Origin: Octopus vulgaris | Lineage: Eukaryota | Reading direction: 5' to 3' | Assembly (NCBI GenBank): GCA_951406725.2 | Contig: OX597825.1 | Coordinates: 2,356,001-2,420,000 of the forward strand | DNA: 64,000 bases | Part shown: piece by piece, positions 38,433-53,434 of the stretch | Layout of the letters: each line of letters begins with the position of its first letter | How positions within the stretch are numbered: position 1 is the stretch's first letter | Translations under genes and position numbers: made by a program | Notes under the pieces: model-generated | Told to the model about the DNA's origin: nothing | The model's input: the letters and a program-made list of their open reading frames with translations, nothing else | Databases searched by the model: none

Positions 38433-40499
38433 ATTGTACAAAGGAGTGTTGTCAGTGCCGTTGTTATCGTCGCAGATGTTTTTTTTTTCTTTTGCATATT
38501 ACGAACTATTCATCGTGTTTTGAATTTGAAAGTTTCAAACTACTCTTCCTCAAATATTATTCATCAATTCCATTTTTAATTGCTACATTGATTAAAAAGT
38601 GTATAGAGATTAATACGCAAGAGCCAAAGTTGCATTAACCTGCGAGGGATTTGGCTCTAAATGAATGCACTCAACTTATTACTTTCTAAACCTACCGCCT
38701 TCTTTCACAACAAGGGATCTCATAGACGCCAATTTCTTCTATACGATACAGTAGCAACCCTTTTCACGTGACATCTTGCATTAAGTATAAACGGATACAT
38801 TAGACAACGTAGCTTTCTCCAATAGAAAGTTATTGAACGCTCAACAACGTATAGGTTTCCGTTATCGATCCTGTAGCAAATCATAGATAGATAACAAAGA
38901 TTTAAATGGCACAAATGACCTCAAGCTCATAATCCTTAAACATTCTGCGAGATCCAAAGTATCAATAAGAAATATTGAGGTATGATAGCTGTCGTGTTCT
39001 GATTCCATCCAAATTGTTCATTCCTGATATCGCCAGCCATAGCACATACAGGTTTAAATCAAGACCAAATGAAGAATGGAGCGCAGCTTGTTTAGTGAAT
39101 TACACAATCAATTACATGTATCTCTCTTCAGAATGAAATTATGACTTAAATAAATATATTTTTCATAACTAGTCCCGACCGTATGTGTAGCCGATCATGT
39201 ATGACATCTAGGAAAACTTACAATTGCACAGTGAGAATTCCAGTTAAAGAAGTGATAGTTTTACGGGTAAATCATAGCTAGAACGAAATTAATACAAAAT
39301 CAAGTAAAACGAAAAGAGACAACAGAAAAATATTTAGGCGTGGATAAACTTGCAAGAATCCCTTCAATTACCTCTTAAAAGACCCCTTGGAAAATGTAGA
39401 CAGATATATAAAATATGGTCATTAGTGGACTGGCCATAACCTTTCTCTATTACAACTGACCTAAGGCGGATGAAATTAAATATGAGCACTATGTATATTC
39501 TTATGAAAGTATCCTACCAAATTAAATTGTCCAACACGTGAAACACTAAATAATGCTTGTCGGCAGAACAAATATTTGAAGATAATTCGTAAGGAATTCC
39601 ATGGCCACAAAAATAGAAAATAAATAAGAAGTAAAGTAAAAACTATGCATTATTAATATTTGCTTACAAAATATCATTTCGTATTGTACCACCTTCTTGG
39701 ATTCTGTAAATACTGAACAGGAAATACCATAACATTAGAAATATCTGAGAACGAGTGTGTCACAAAATCCATGAAAAGACGAACAAGATATATCACACGA
39801 ATACACAACAAACTCTTCAGTGTTAGACGTATTTTCTTTCGCTCTTTCAGCTACTTCCCTTGCTACAATGTCTATGTATCAGGTGCTACACTAAACTATA
39901 CGAGAACAAAAATACTGCGCTTCTTGCTTAGTTCTAAATACCAATTCGTGTTATTCTACATCGCACAGAATGTGGTGTAAAATATTTCGATTTTTACGAA
40001 ACACTAGCATATCTATGAAGATTATTACACTAATGTGACTGTCTATGCAATAAAATATTGCGGTTCCTGGTACCTGTAAAATACTTATGTAGATTATGCT
40101 ACACCAGACTGCTTGAGGACAAAGAAACATCCCCGAAAATCTCTAAAGAACATCAGAATTACCATGTGTTATTTTAAACCAAAATGTAGTTTGGTTACAA
40201 TACCAAGATTTTTGCTTAAGTGTACAGAATCCATATGTATTAAGCATAAAACTGACGGTTCTTGTTAGCTCTAAACTAACAGCTATATATGTTACATCAA
40301 ATAGTCTCTGAAACAAATATAAATAAGGGAATGAATTTTGTTTTACATACTTCAATACGGTATATTATATTATATCAAACCGACAGGGGACATCGCTCTT
40401 ACGCATTTGCTTTCGCTCTAAACATCAATATATATTAAATAGGCACAAACTGCCTGAAAAAAAAAAACAAGGATTTTTTTTCTATTTACTCTGAGACAC

Positions 40500-41090
40500 A
40501 TATGTATATTATGCTATAATAAATATGACTTGAACAAGCATACGATGAGATAGTCGTAAAAAAGTTTCATATTTAGGAAATTTTAAGTTGTATATAGAAA
40601 GCAATAAAGAAGCGGACACCCTATTACAACTAGAAAACTGTTCGTTAGATACATTAGTATGAAAAAAGAAAATGGTGTAAACTATATGATGCAGTTGTCA
40701 GATGAAAGGCATATGAAAAGAACGTGGATATTGTGATATAGAAATACGTCCAAGAGTTTCAAGTATATATAAAGGGAAAATAGGAGACAGAATTCTCAAT
40801 TGCAGAATAGAAATGATATTTCAGGCGACGACATTATACGATATATGAGTTATAAGATTGGTAATTAGGAACGAATCAAATGCTATGAATAAAGGCATAA
40901 ACATTAATGCATTAGACATTAGCAGTAGTAGAGTTAAGTTATAGCGTTTATGAAATTAACTGCGGAAAGAATGACATAATATGCTTAGTAGGATAAAATA
41001 TACGAGGAAAGTAAAGTCAGCATCGGGAATAGGCTGCTGTGAGGCAGACATTGATGGGGCATATTTAGCAATTTATATGAGACATCCATT
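40500..41090 (+). mobile_element. Heavily decayed R4/Dong-like RT fragment
   Basis: SFKYI...TESNAMNKGININAL...LSYSVYEINCGKNDI resembles YKYLG...TELNAKNKIxAINxLAxPVxxYSFxIINW. Confidence 0.4.
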
Positions 41091-41208
41091 CATATATAAC
41101 TATCTATATCAATACAATCTCTATCTACACACACACACATATATATATTTAGGCAGATAGATGCATATAAATATATAGAAATGTATAGAAATACATATAT
41201 CAGTATAT

Positions 41209-41254
<46 letters not shown>

Positions 41255-41399
41255 TTACAAGGCTGACACAGACGTTGCACGTCTCATACATATAAATTAT
41301 AATATATAAAAATATTTTCACATAAGTATTTCGTATGCAAAACTTATGCATCGAGGCATTTGTTATGGATATAGAATATTAAGCTCACCTCTCAACGAT

Positions 41400-42120
<721 letters not shown>

Positions 42121-42431
42121 TAAACAGGCATGTCACAAATAGATAGACACCCCTATAATCATTAAAATATATTTAAATCTGATATTATACATTTAAATTA
42201 TTGATTAATTATATACGTTATAACATTATATACACATATACACATATATACATATGATTATTTAATATTTAGTAGATATGTCCATTGCATTTTTATATTA
42301 AACAGGCATGTCACAAATACATAATCATTAAAATATATTTAAATCTGATATTATACATTTAAATTATTGATTATGTTATAACGTTGATTGTTTAGATAAC
42401 GAATATTCTCTTAGATAACGAATATTCTCTT
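42121..42431 (+). repeat. Local direct repeats: 42121-42207 repeated at 42299-42373 with an internal deletion, plus a 19-bp tandem pair at 42392-42431
   Basis: taaacaggcatgtcacaaata...ataatcattaaaatatatttaaatctgatattatacatttaaattattgatta twice; ttagataacgaatattctc twice. Confidence 0.9.
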
Positions 42432-43200
42432 GCGGAACTCCTTGCCAAGTTTCATGCAGGAATCTAAGATCTGACATTGAAGACGCTTTCTTGTTTTTTT
42501 GTATCAAGTGTCCTGTCCATTATGTCCCAGAGCTGTTCAATAGAGTTTATATCTGGTGACTGGCTTGGCCATGGGAGCTTTTTAATGCCATTCTCATCCA
42601 ACAAATCTTGGGTCGTGCTAGCCATGTGACAAGACGCCCTATCTTCATTAATAAAGTGTCTTCTTTAGTCATTTCACCACTGGAGAAGATTGGAGACAGT
42701 ATTTTCTGCAATATGGACACATATTTATCTGAGTTTATATTTCTCTTACATTATTTATTTTTTTAAAATCAAGCTGTTATCATTTCTCTTACATTGAAAA
42801 GTAATTAGGTGCTTGCATGCTAAACTGTTGATCAAGAGCTGTTTCATTGTTGACTGCAATATTTTCACATTAGGTGCTGATCACAGAGTTTCCGGACCCA
42901 CACTCGACCACTGTCAGAAAATACAGCAAAACCGGACTCGTCAGAGAATATGACAGTGTCCCAAACTGCTAGTGACCTCTCCACCATCTGGCTCAATCTT
43001 TTTCTGTTGCAGGGTTGCTTTTTCTGGAGACTAAATGTACAAAGTATACTCAAAAACAATACATCTTTACTTTCTACGATACTTGATTTAATGATCTGCA
43101 ATACATTGGCATATATTAACCGTCTTGGATGTAGATACAACTTCTTTTGCAGTTTTATTTGTGACTCCAACCATACAATACAGCCTCGAAGTAGATAGTT
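42432..43200 (-). mobile_element. Decayed Tc1-family (DD34E) transposase
   Basis: WDTVIFSDES...GRVWVR, then EDRASCH...LPWPSQSPDINSIEQLW with exactly 34 residues between D and E; frameshifted. Confidence 0.9.
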
Positions 43201-43614
43201 ACAGGGTTTCTTTTGTACGTGGCATGACTAAACTGTCACATATAGAACTGGAAATATAGAAATGTCAATTAATAAAAAAAAATATATTACATATAAATAA
43301 TATTACGATATATATTTCTCATATATATGTATATCGTGATCCACCAAACAACAACATAACACCACACACACAAACATACATGACTGTTATAGAATAAACA
43401 TATATTATATTTGACACATAACATCAAACATATATATTAAACAGCTATTCACAGATGTTAACTTTATATTTAAATACTGATAGAGATACAACTCTTGAAA
43501 TTTTCGATTATTCTCATAACATAATATTTTGATTTCTCTTTGAAGCAAATACTTTTAGGTGTTACGGTTAGATACGCAGATACTCTTCAACTCGTTGCCA
43601 AGTTTTGGGAATCG

Positions 43615-45120
43615 GCTAAAGGGAAAGTACTGAACAGATATGCTGTTCTCATATATTTTGTATGTGTCATGTCACTTAATGTAATGTTGCGGACATTTTA
43701 ATTAATGGTATGTATGTATGTATGTATGTATGTATGTATGTATGTATGTATGTATGTATGTATGTATGTATGTATGTATGTATGTGTGTAAATGTAAGAG
43801 TAGGACCATCTGTGCATACGGATAAATACGATAAATATAGATGTTGTATGAGTAGAATATTTGTTAGGCAACGGAATTTGTATTAATGAGGCAAAACACT
43901 TTAGCATTAATATAATTTATTTTCAAAGAGTTCAAGAGAGAAGCCTCAACCTATTCAAATGATTTAAAATTGATGCGATACAAGAGCAATGATACCAACC
44001 TTAACATCTGCCGATATATTTCTAATTCATTCAGCTTTCTCAACGAAATATAATGCAATTCATACATTCCAGGCTCTTACTGCCGTTCACGTTATTGTTT
44101 TAAACAAAATTCTTCACATGTTAGCCTGCTTTAACTATACTTCTATGTTTTCTATTTATCTAACATGAGCGCTGGCTATTATCCTACACACTCCTCTTAA
44201 CAAAGTGTAGGGTCCTGTCAGAGGGCCCTGATTAATCTGGGCGTGGTGATGTGGACTCATTCCTCTCTCTGGGAAATTGCACAATCGCTCTCTTAACCGC
44301 TGAAAGTGGGATCACGTGGTTGTTAAGAAGTTTGATTCCCAAACTCATGGTTCTGGATTCATTCCCGACGCGTAGCACCTTAGTCAAGTGTCTTCTACTT
44401 CTACTATAACCCCAGGCTGACCACAGAACTCTAAGAGGACTTTGTAGAGAGAAACTGAAAGAAATATATTTGCGTGTGTTTGTACCTGTGTTGTCCACGA
44501 CCACCAGCACCATTACTTCGGAGCCGGTGTTGGTTACAACAACATAAGTGCTGTGATGAAGAATAAACAGCTTCATAGTAAAATACTATGTCGACACAGT
44601 TTACTTGGAAACCCTGCTTTCGGTAGAAAAAGAACGAGCGATTTGCAGGATCAGTTCTTACATCTAGCGGACGAGCCGACGTTATATAAGACTTTCTTTG
44701 GATAAGTGGGAAAATGGAAGAGATGCAATCAATGAGCTTGCAAATAGGAACGACACGAGTAAACTTAGAAAGGTAATAAGCACTTTGCAGTTGTCCACGC
44801 TCACTAATCAAGCGCTATATATAGAAATAAGGATTAACTGATTGATTAAGTTTGAGCATCTGAACTTTGTTAATTGTTTCCCGTTGAACACTTTTCTAAA
44901 ACCTGTGCTAAAGGGAAAGTACTGAACAGATATGCTGTTCTCATATATTTTGCCATAAGAGAGGGTTTTTGTTCATGGTCACTTAAGTGAGTTTCTCTTT
45001 GAAGCTAAAACATGTTGCGGACATTTTAATTAACGTAAAGATGGTATGTATGTATGTATGTATGTATGTATGTATGTATGTATGTATGTATGTATGTGTG
45101 TATGTATGTATGTATGTATG

Positions 45121-45153
<33 letters not shown>

Positions 45154-46306
45154 GTAAGAGTAGGACCATATGTGCATACGGATAAATACGATAAATATAG
45201 ATGTTGTATGAGTAGAATATTTGTTAGGCAACGGAATTTGTATTAATGAGGCAAAACACTTTAGCATTAATATAATTTATTTTCAAAGAGTTCAAGAGAG
45301 AAGCCTCAACCTATTCAAATGATTTAAAATTGATGCGATACAAGAGCAATGATACCAACCTTAACATCTGCCGATATATTTCTAATTCATTCAGCTTTCT
45401 GAACGAAATATAATGCAATTCATACATTCCAGACTCTTACTGCCGTTCACGTTATTGTTTTAAACAAAATTCTTCACATGTTAGCCTGCTTTAACTATAC
45501 TTCTATGTTTTCTATTTATCTAACATGAGCGCTGGCTATTATCCTACACACTCCTCTTAACAAAGTGTAGGGTCCTGTCAGAGGGCCCTGATTAATCTGG
45601 GCGTGGTGATGTGGACTCATTCCTCTCTCTGGGAAATTGCACAATCGCTCTCTTAACCGCTGAAAGTGGGATCACGTGGTTGTTAAGAAGTTTGATTCCC
45701 AAACTCATGGTTCTGGATTCATTCCCAACGCGTAGCACCTTAGTCAAGTGTCTTCTACTTCTACTATAACCCCAGGCTGACCACAGAACTCTAAGAGACT
45801 TTGTAGAGAGAAACTGAAATAAATATATTTGCGTGTGTTTGTACCTGTGTTGTCCACGACCACCAGCACCATTACTTCGGAGCCGGTGTTGGTTTGTTTA
45901 AGTCCTTGCAACATAGCGGTTCGGCAATAAGTGCTGTGAGTGTCAGTACCAAGCTTCAAAAAAGTAAGTACTGATGTCGAATACTTGGAAACCCTGCTTT
46001 CGGTAGAAAAAGACACGAGCGATTTGCAGGACATTTCTGGGGAGTGAAGTACTCATTATTGACAGAACGGACGAGCCGACATTATATAAGACTTTCTTTG
46101 GATAAGTGGGAAAATGGAAGAGATGCAATCAATGAGCTTGCAAATAGGAACGACACGAGTAAACTTAGAAAGGTAATAAGCACTTTGCAGTTGTCCACGC
46201 TCACTAATCAAGCGCTATATATAGAAATAAGGATTAACTGATTGATTAAGTTTGAGCATCTGAACTTTGTTAATTGTTTCCCGTTGAACACTTTTCTAAA
46301 ACCTGT
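43615..46306 (+). repeat. Head-to-tail tandem duplication: copy 1 43615-44906, copy 2 44907-46306
   Basis: Both begin gctaaagggaaagtactg and end ctaaaacctgt; near-identical outside three short divergent blocks and the (TATG)n length. Confidence 0.95.
45665..45985 (+). mobile_element. tRNA-derived SINE (family of 28948-29447); duplicated at about 44305-44600
   Basis: aagaagtttgattcccaaac...gcaccttagtcaagtgtcttctact...gaaactgaaa...ccggtgttggtttgttta...gcggttcggcaa. Confidence 0.75.
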
Positions 46307-46999
46307 CTGTGAATATGGAGAATTAATTTCTAATTCCTTCAGCTAAATGTAGCTAATGGCCAAGTGATGATTTTAAATCTGGTGGACACACTCTGCCATT
46401 CAAAATGGATATGCTAAACATTTAATCATATCAAGCTTATGAGTGATATACTTTGACATATGATAATAAGAACATAGTCATTATACACTGGGATTTCAAT
46501 AATCAAGTTGACAAAGAACGGATTAAATTGTGGAAATTTAGTTTAAAGCTAATGGGTTGGGTGTAGCAAATGAAAAATAGTTAAATATCTTAAGTGCATC
46601 GGTGTAATTTAACTTTTAAATCCAAGCAGTTAATTAGTGTGTTGCTACTGAAATATACATTACAGCCATATTGATTTTTTAAATTTCTCAGCAAACAAGG
46701 AAAGCATATGTGAACACCAAATCTGTGCTGTACGAGGAATGTTTATGCTAAAGTAGATTAGTGCTTAACAACCATCCATGGCCGAAGAACAACAAGGAGC
46801 GAAGGAGGTGAACGGAATGTATAATTATATGAAAGTTAAAGGATTTCTCTGAGACATGAATCTAAATAACATTAGATTAGAATTCTTTCTACGGAAAGCG
46901 TGTTTTAGAAATGTTATAACTGATAAGTATTTTGGAAGTCATAAAAAGACAATTTAATTATAAAGAAACCTCTGACCGCATATTTCAGATGTTTCACTA

Positions 47000-48810
47000 A
47001 TGTTAGTTTGTTAGTTAATTTGGCTCAAAAGCAAACAGCAAGGCCATGTAGGGGGACATGGAGGTTATGTACAGGGTGGTGTTCATGTAAAGAGTTCAGG
47101 CCACTTGAGGTCAAGGGAGACTTTGAACAAAGCGGTCGTCGGCATCTTCACCATCTCGTCTGGCAGCTTGTTCCACGGATCCGCAACCCGGACGGAGAAA
47201 GCTCCTCCCCTTTGATTGAGATGAAATCGTCGCAGGTAGAGCTTTTCGGAATGACCCCGCAGCCGACGCTCTGGAGCAGGAGTGAAGAACAGCTCTTTCG
47301 AGAGGTTACACTTTCCGCTTATGATGTTGTGAGCGAGAATGAGATCATCCACGGCGGCGTTTTTCTAGAGAATAAAGGTCGAGCGTCCTCAGCCTTTCTT
47401 CATAAGACAGATTTTTGAGACCATGAACCATGCGGGTAGCCAGCTTCTGGACTCTTTCGAGATGCTGTATGTCTTTGAGGAGATAAGGAGAAGAGGCTTG
47501 AATCCCGTACTCCAATATTGGTCTCACCAGCGTGACATAGATTGGTAGGAATATGGCTGTTGTGAGCATTCCGAATGACCGTCGAATCAAGAACAGAATT
47601 CCGCGTGCTTTGTTGGCAGCATGGACGCACTGGGCCGAAGGCGAAGAGGAGGAATCCACCAAGATACCCAGGTCCTTTACCTGATCGGTCCTCTCCAGCA
47701 GCAGACGACCCGGCTCGAAATCAAGTTGAGTTGCAGGTGGAGAGCCAACAGGCAGATGACAGCATTTTGACACGTTCAGACATAGGTCCCATTCGTTAGA
47801 CCACCTCCAAATTTGGTGGAGGCATCGACGAAGATCCTCTATATCACCGCGAGGAGCGACCAGTTTGACATCGTCGGCAAATAGAAGGGTGTGTTGCGTG
47901 AGGTCGTCGGACAAGTCATTTATGAAGACTAAGAACACTAAGGGCCCAAGCACTGAACCTTGAGGCACGCAACTGCTCGCACTGGAGACGTCGAACCGCG
48001 AACCATTAACTTGGACTTGGAAGGAGCGATCTGAGAGGAAGGCACCAATCCACCGTACAATATCCGGATGGAAACTATATGCTTGAAGCTTGACAAGTAA
48101 TAGGCGGTGGTCTACCGAGTCAAAAGCTTTGGCAAAGTCCAATAAAACGATGTCAACAGCATCACTATCATCGAGGATGCGCGTCACCAATTCTTCCATT
48201 ACCAGTAAGTTGCTCAAGCATGACCTCTTCGGCACGAAGCCGTGTTGGGAATCAGAGATAGAGGCTGTGTTTTGGAGGTGGGGTGGAGCATCATACTTTT
48301 CTTAAGGATGGTTTCGAACATCTTGCTGATTATTGATGTAAGGGAAACCGGTCGGTAGTTAAGCGGGTCTTCGCGGCTCTCTTTCTTGAAAATTGGGCAG
48401 ATTATCGCTGTTATCCAGTCCGCAGGTATAACACCCATCGCCAATGACATGTTGAATAGACGTGTTAAGGGCTCGCAGATGACCGGAGCCAACGCTTTGA
48501 TAACCCGTGGGTGTATGCCGTCAGGGCCGTGACCCTTGTTGACATCGAGGCCTTGAATAATACGTTTGACTTCGTCCCGCGTGATGACCAATCGAAGCAT
48601 TGGAGGTACCGATCTATCAAATGGAGGGGGTTCACGACCATCATCTTGTTTGAAAATAGTTGAAAAAGCCTCGGAAAATAATTGACTCTGTTGATAAGGG
48701 TCCTCAATCGATACGCCTGTTGAGTCTACCAACGTTGCAATTTGGTTGTTCAAGCGGGAATTCCGTTGGACATGGGCAAAGAAGGTTTTTGGATTGCTAC
48801 TGGCAATCTA
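47000..48810 (-). mobile_element. 5'-truncated CR1-clade LINE, RT domain through 3' UTR and simple-repeat tail
   Basis: ORFs 48214-48753, 47345-48235 and 47083-47352 join via two frameshifts: GPDGIHPRVIK, NYRPVSLTSIISK, LLDFAKAFDSV, VPQGSVLGP, LFADDVKL, LERVQKLATRMV, LSYEERL, LRGHSEKL, FSVRVADPWNKLP. Minus-strand tail aattaactaacaaactaac; endonuclease domain absent. Confidence 0.95.
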
Positions 48811-51730
48811 AGTTTGTATATTTGATGATTTGCAAAGTTTACAGTGTTAGAATAGGCTGAAGTATGGTTAGCAAAAGGAGGTGTTAGCAAAAGTATTATT
48901 AGGGAATGGCGAAAGCATTAGTTTGCTACCTTATTACCTAACAGCATAACCTAATCAGTTTAATCTAGACCTACAATGTTTTCTTTTTTCTGGAGTTCAG
49001 AGAAGTGGAAATGATCAAATGTATCGCTTTATTGCCAAGCATAACCTGTTGCTTTTCACTAACCATCTCTTTAGATGCAATTGAACTACAGAAACAAGGC
49101 AGCTGACTTAGTGATGGAGAAATATAGCGGACAGAGCTATAAAACCAGTGTAACTGGGAAGAGCAGCGGGAAACGTAGTAACAATAAATAATCGTAAAAG
49201 CTAGTTTTTCTGTATTGAGAGAAGGTATAATCTTCGAACAAAAGAAATGTGTTTCTGCGAAATACCCGAGTAAGCAAAAATGTAACCAAAACGACACTAG
49301 AGCTCAGCGGTAGGTACAGGCCTGCGGTTAAACATTTCCTAGTTCCAAATATTTTACTTACTTTATCATGGCTAGCATTATTACGTTGACACTATAAATT
49401 TATTTATTATATTATCTTGCCTTTTAACAGTTGGTTGCAATAATCTTCACATGGACACCCCTGTATAAAATGCATTTGATGAATTTCTGGTATGTTTGAA
49501 TCGAATTTTCCTCTGTTGGTAATTGCTTCCTTCACAGTATTTTTTTATCTTCCAGGAAAGACTCCAAATTGAGTAGAATTTATATAGAAATTTTGTTGTC
49601 TTCAAAACCGTTAATCAAATATGTTATAGCAGTAGTAAAAAACGGAAACGTTTATTATAAATGCATGTTTGTTCTTGCAAGCACGAAACAGTAGCAGTTG
49701 AGGTGCAACTTGCTTCATTACTGTTAAAGAATTCAACAACCTCCAGCTATGAACAGCTAATGTACTCTTCTTTAGAGAAGTATAGCACGGCCCAGTATTA
49801 AGACAGGCTTGAACTTACTTTAAAAATGCATGAAAAGTGTCGTTCATAAATTCATTTCACAACAATAAAGTTACGGAGAGGAACATCTTGAGAATCACCT
49901 AACAAAGCCGGTCAATCGGCAGCAACATTTAGTAAAACTCTGCTAGATTCAGGTGAAATTTACAATGAAATATTAGTCTCACATCTGAGACTGTGCTGTC
50001 GCTTTGAGTCTCTCCAGAGATTGGCATAAAGTCATCCGTTGAAACTCACCAGCTCTTAGTGCACCGATTCCCCACCTCTTCGTGGATTTCGCTGATTTCA
50101 TACCACCACCATCACTCAAGCTTTCCCATGCTACTCATTTCTTCTTTTCTTCACAAACGTTGCATGTCCAAACCTGTAGGTCCTATAGAATGATCACGCC
50201 TTCATTTACATAACATGGGCCACACTGGAATTCATTCTCTGCCTATATATTGTCAAGAGGTATTAAGTTATGAAACTTGAAGAGGTATACTAATGCCATC
50301 AATCTCACCAGCCTAGGATTGCTTGCAGCAAGCTTAGGTATAATCTTACCTTTTGGATTCAGATTTTGAAAAGAATAAAATCAAGCCTCCTTACACGAAC
50401 AAGATGAACACTGATTTAAGAACTCAAAATAAAACAACGCTAACCTTAAGGGAAAGGACACAGACAACATAAAAACCGATTGCAAGAATTTTTCTATGAG
50501 CAAGAAAATTCCCAAATAATCCGATAAAAATTAAATGCGATTTTCCCCCTGGGAAACGGCAAATTGTCACAACCTACCATATCATTTTGACTTAGAAAGC
50601 CAGGACTCTGATAGAAAATGATCCAATTATTTAGTGTAAAGAAGTACCCATATTTTTTAATATATTGGTACCAGATCCGATATTATGCAACTTGTCGCAA
50701 TTGCCAAAGCCTAGATTAGTTAGAAGAATCTTGCTCACTTTAGCAACGTACAAGATATGTTAATGCATTATGGAGTAGATTTATTTACCTGTGTCATGCC
50801 TGCTTAGGCATGGGAAGAAATATCCTGTCGAAAGAGATGCGTCTAATTAAGAGATAAACCGATTAATTCTAAAGTATGTAAGCGGATAATGAATACCTCG
50901 CCAAGTTCACAAGTGTTAAATGGCAACAGCCTTCTGTACAATTCCAAAGAGAAGAATTGCCTTCAAAAAGTGATGATCTTCGATGCGAGTAATATTGCTT
51001 CAATGTTCTAGGTTGTCTGTAGCAATTGACAGAATATAACAGGTGTAGCAAACAGCTTCACTGAAAATAGCTCCCGGTGAATCAGTGCACACTCGACAAT
51101 AAACAATGCAGACAGGCCAGAAAAACTATCAGCGATGTGGACACGTGATTATGAGCTTATAATAGGTATCGAAGAGCATGTAATAACTGTAGCAAATCTT
51201 CCGTGAATACACCATGTCTCTACAATAACAGACCCTTATAATTGTATAGTGAGAAAGACGTCTGGAGAAATGTCTTCATCGAAATATCAAATTACATAGT
51301 CACACAAAGGTATAATGAATGTGTGAGAATGAAACACGTATTTGTTACTAATAAAGGAAAATCCTCGAGATAAATGCGGCAAGAGGTACGGGGCGTTAAA
51401 TGATGCCACAGGCAAATGTTACACCATCTTCCCACATCTTTTCGGATCAGAGCTGAATTTAATCTCCATTCGTTTTTATTCTTTCATAAAGTATATTTTT
51501 TTTAAAATTAGTCATTCATATATCGGCAAACGGTGAAAACGGTGTTTTGCTCCTGCTCCTTATTCATAATCCTTTATTCCTAGCTTCTAACCCTCACACA
51601 CACACAAACACAGACACGCACAAACACATATGTGCGTGTGTTTTTTCCTTGTGTATGTGCGTGCGTACTTGTGTATGTGTTTGCGTGTGTGACTGTCTGC
51701 GTGTATGAAGATGGTTTTTACCCATATACA

Positions 51731-51768
<38 letters not shown>

Positions 51769-52744
51769 TACATATTACCTTTGTACCTTGGGAAACGTTC
51801 CATGATTTTTACCTATGATCTGCTCTGAGCAACGCACAATTTGGCCATTTCTACAAGAACTGTTATGTTGTGTGGATAATGAGTGGGAGAAAAATAAGGC
51901 TGGAAGCAAATTTAAGCTAAAAAAGCAATGGTAAGTCCTTACAGATCTATAAATATAATTTTCATAATATTAGCATCAAGCAGGGTCACGACTTTTGAAC
52001 CAAAGCATATTCAGTTTGGCAGGATCACATCATGATAAATATATATATATATATATTTTAAGTATTCTTCCAAAAATATAGAATCTTTGGTTATTTTGAT
52101 AAATAACATTTTTTTCAATCTCCTTCGTTTATCTCATCAAATCCATATTTCCGTTTTAAATATATGCATTCGTATGTTCATATGAAAGCCGGTATGTTTT
52201 ATAAGTATGTATTTATATGTACTTTTATGTGTGCCTGTGTGTTAATATTATTCTTATTGTCAACATAACGTGCTGTATTGCATACCAGGATGTTATCAGA
52301 CAGTCGTAGTGTCATATCCCTTTTTTTATGTGGTAAACTATGCTGCTATTCTCATGATCGACTGTTCTCCACTTCTGGGATAAGGTGTGCGTCGTTTAAA
52401 CAATCCTACAATGAAATCTCTCCCTCTCTCTGCCGCCGTTATTGTGTCTCCGTTGTATATACGGGTGTGTGTTTATGTTTATAGGTACAATATATTATAA
52501 TATGCCTTATACGAGACAGCATTTTTGTAATACTTTCAAAGCTGTGTACGAGATGAATTTGTAGAAATGGTTGGTTGCGTTAAATGACTCATTGCATTTA
52601 GCTGTTGCTCTTAACATTCGCATTCTCGAATTAATTACGAGGCTAGGGCTACGGAATTATTAAAAAAACATTGAGAAAATAGCCGTGGTTTTCAACCGAT
52701 GCAAGACATAGCAACAGCAAGAAGAATAATAGTTATAATAATTC

Positions 52745-52950
52745 TTTCTACTATAGGTACAGGGCCTGAAACTGCGGGGTAGGGGATACTCGATATCAGT
52801 GTTCAACTACTATATTATTTTATGAACCCCGAAAGCACGAAAAGCAAATTCGACCTCTACGGCATTTGAACTCAGAATTTAAAGAGAGACGAAAGGCCGC
52901 TATGCATTTTGTTCGGCGGGTTAACAACTATTCCAACACAACGCCTTTAA
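52745..52950 (-). mobile_element. Deu/Nin-type SINE, degenerate (a + strand 3' fragment follows at about 52990-53100)
   Basis: Reverse complement contains ctgagttcaaatgccgtagaggtcgaatttgcttttcg...tttcggggttc. Confidence 0.65.
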
Positions 52951-53434
52951 TAATGCAGCTAATAAAAAATAATTACTATATTCATATTTCCGTGTTAGTC
53001 ATCTTTGTATTTCATCCTTGCGGAATCAACAAAATAAGTGAAGCACCCCTTAGCATTCCTATCAAAATTGCTAGCTTTGTGTCAATATTTGAAACAATTA
53101 TAATAATTCAATAATAGTTATAATAATTATCATAACTACCATTTCTTACTATATTAGTAGAAAAAAGACTCCTTTAATATCTTGCTGCTTTCTGCCACTG
53201 GATTTTATTCTGCAGAAGCCTTATATTTTAAATACAATCTTTATATATCCGCATGCCCTTACTTTACTGACATTACAATGATAAACATCAACTGGGCTTA
53301 GGATTTAATTGCGGAGTATGAATAACTTAGAAGTATTTTATTCGACGCTCTTCCGACCGAGTTGTTTCGTTCCACATATATTATGTCGATTATTGTTGCT
53401 ATTAGGATTCTTGTTCTTGCTGTTTAATTCTAAT

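Noticed and set aside
46066-46172. Possible exon RTSRHYIRLSLDKWENGRDAINELANRNDTSKLRK with AG/GT borders and loose resemblance to the PGM2 N-terminus
   Set aside because: The diagnostic Trp residues and following FGTAGLR motif are absent and no partner exons were found. BLASTX or RNA-seq would be needed to revive it.
48900-51300. Long microsatellite-free tract suggesting an ancient retroelement
   Set aside because: No recognisable motif in the frames I examined.
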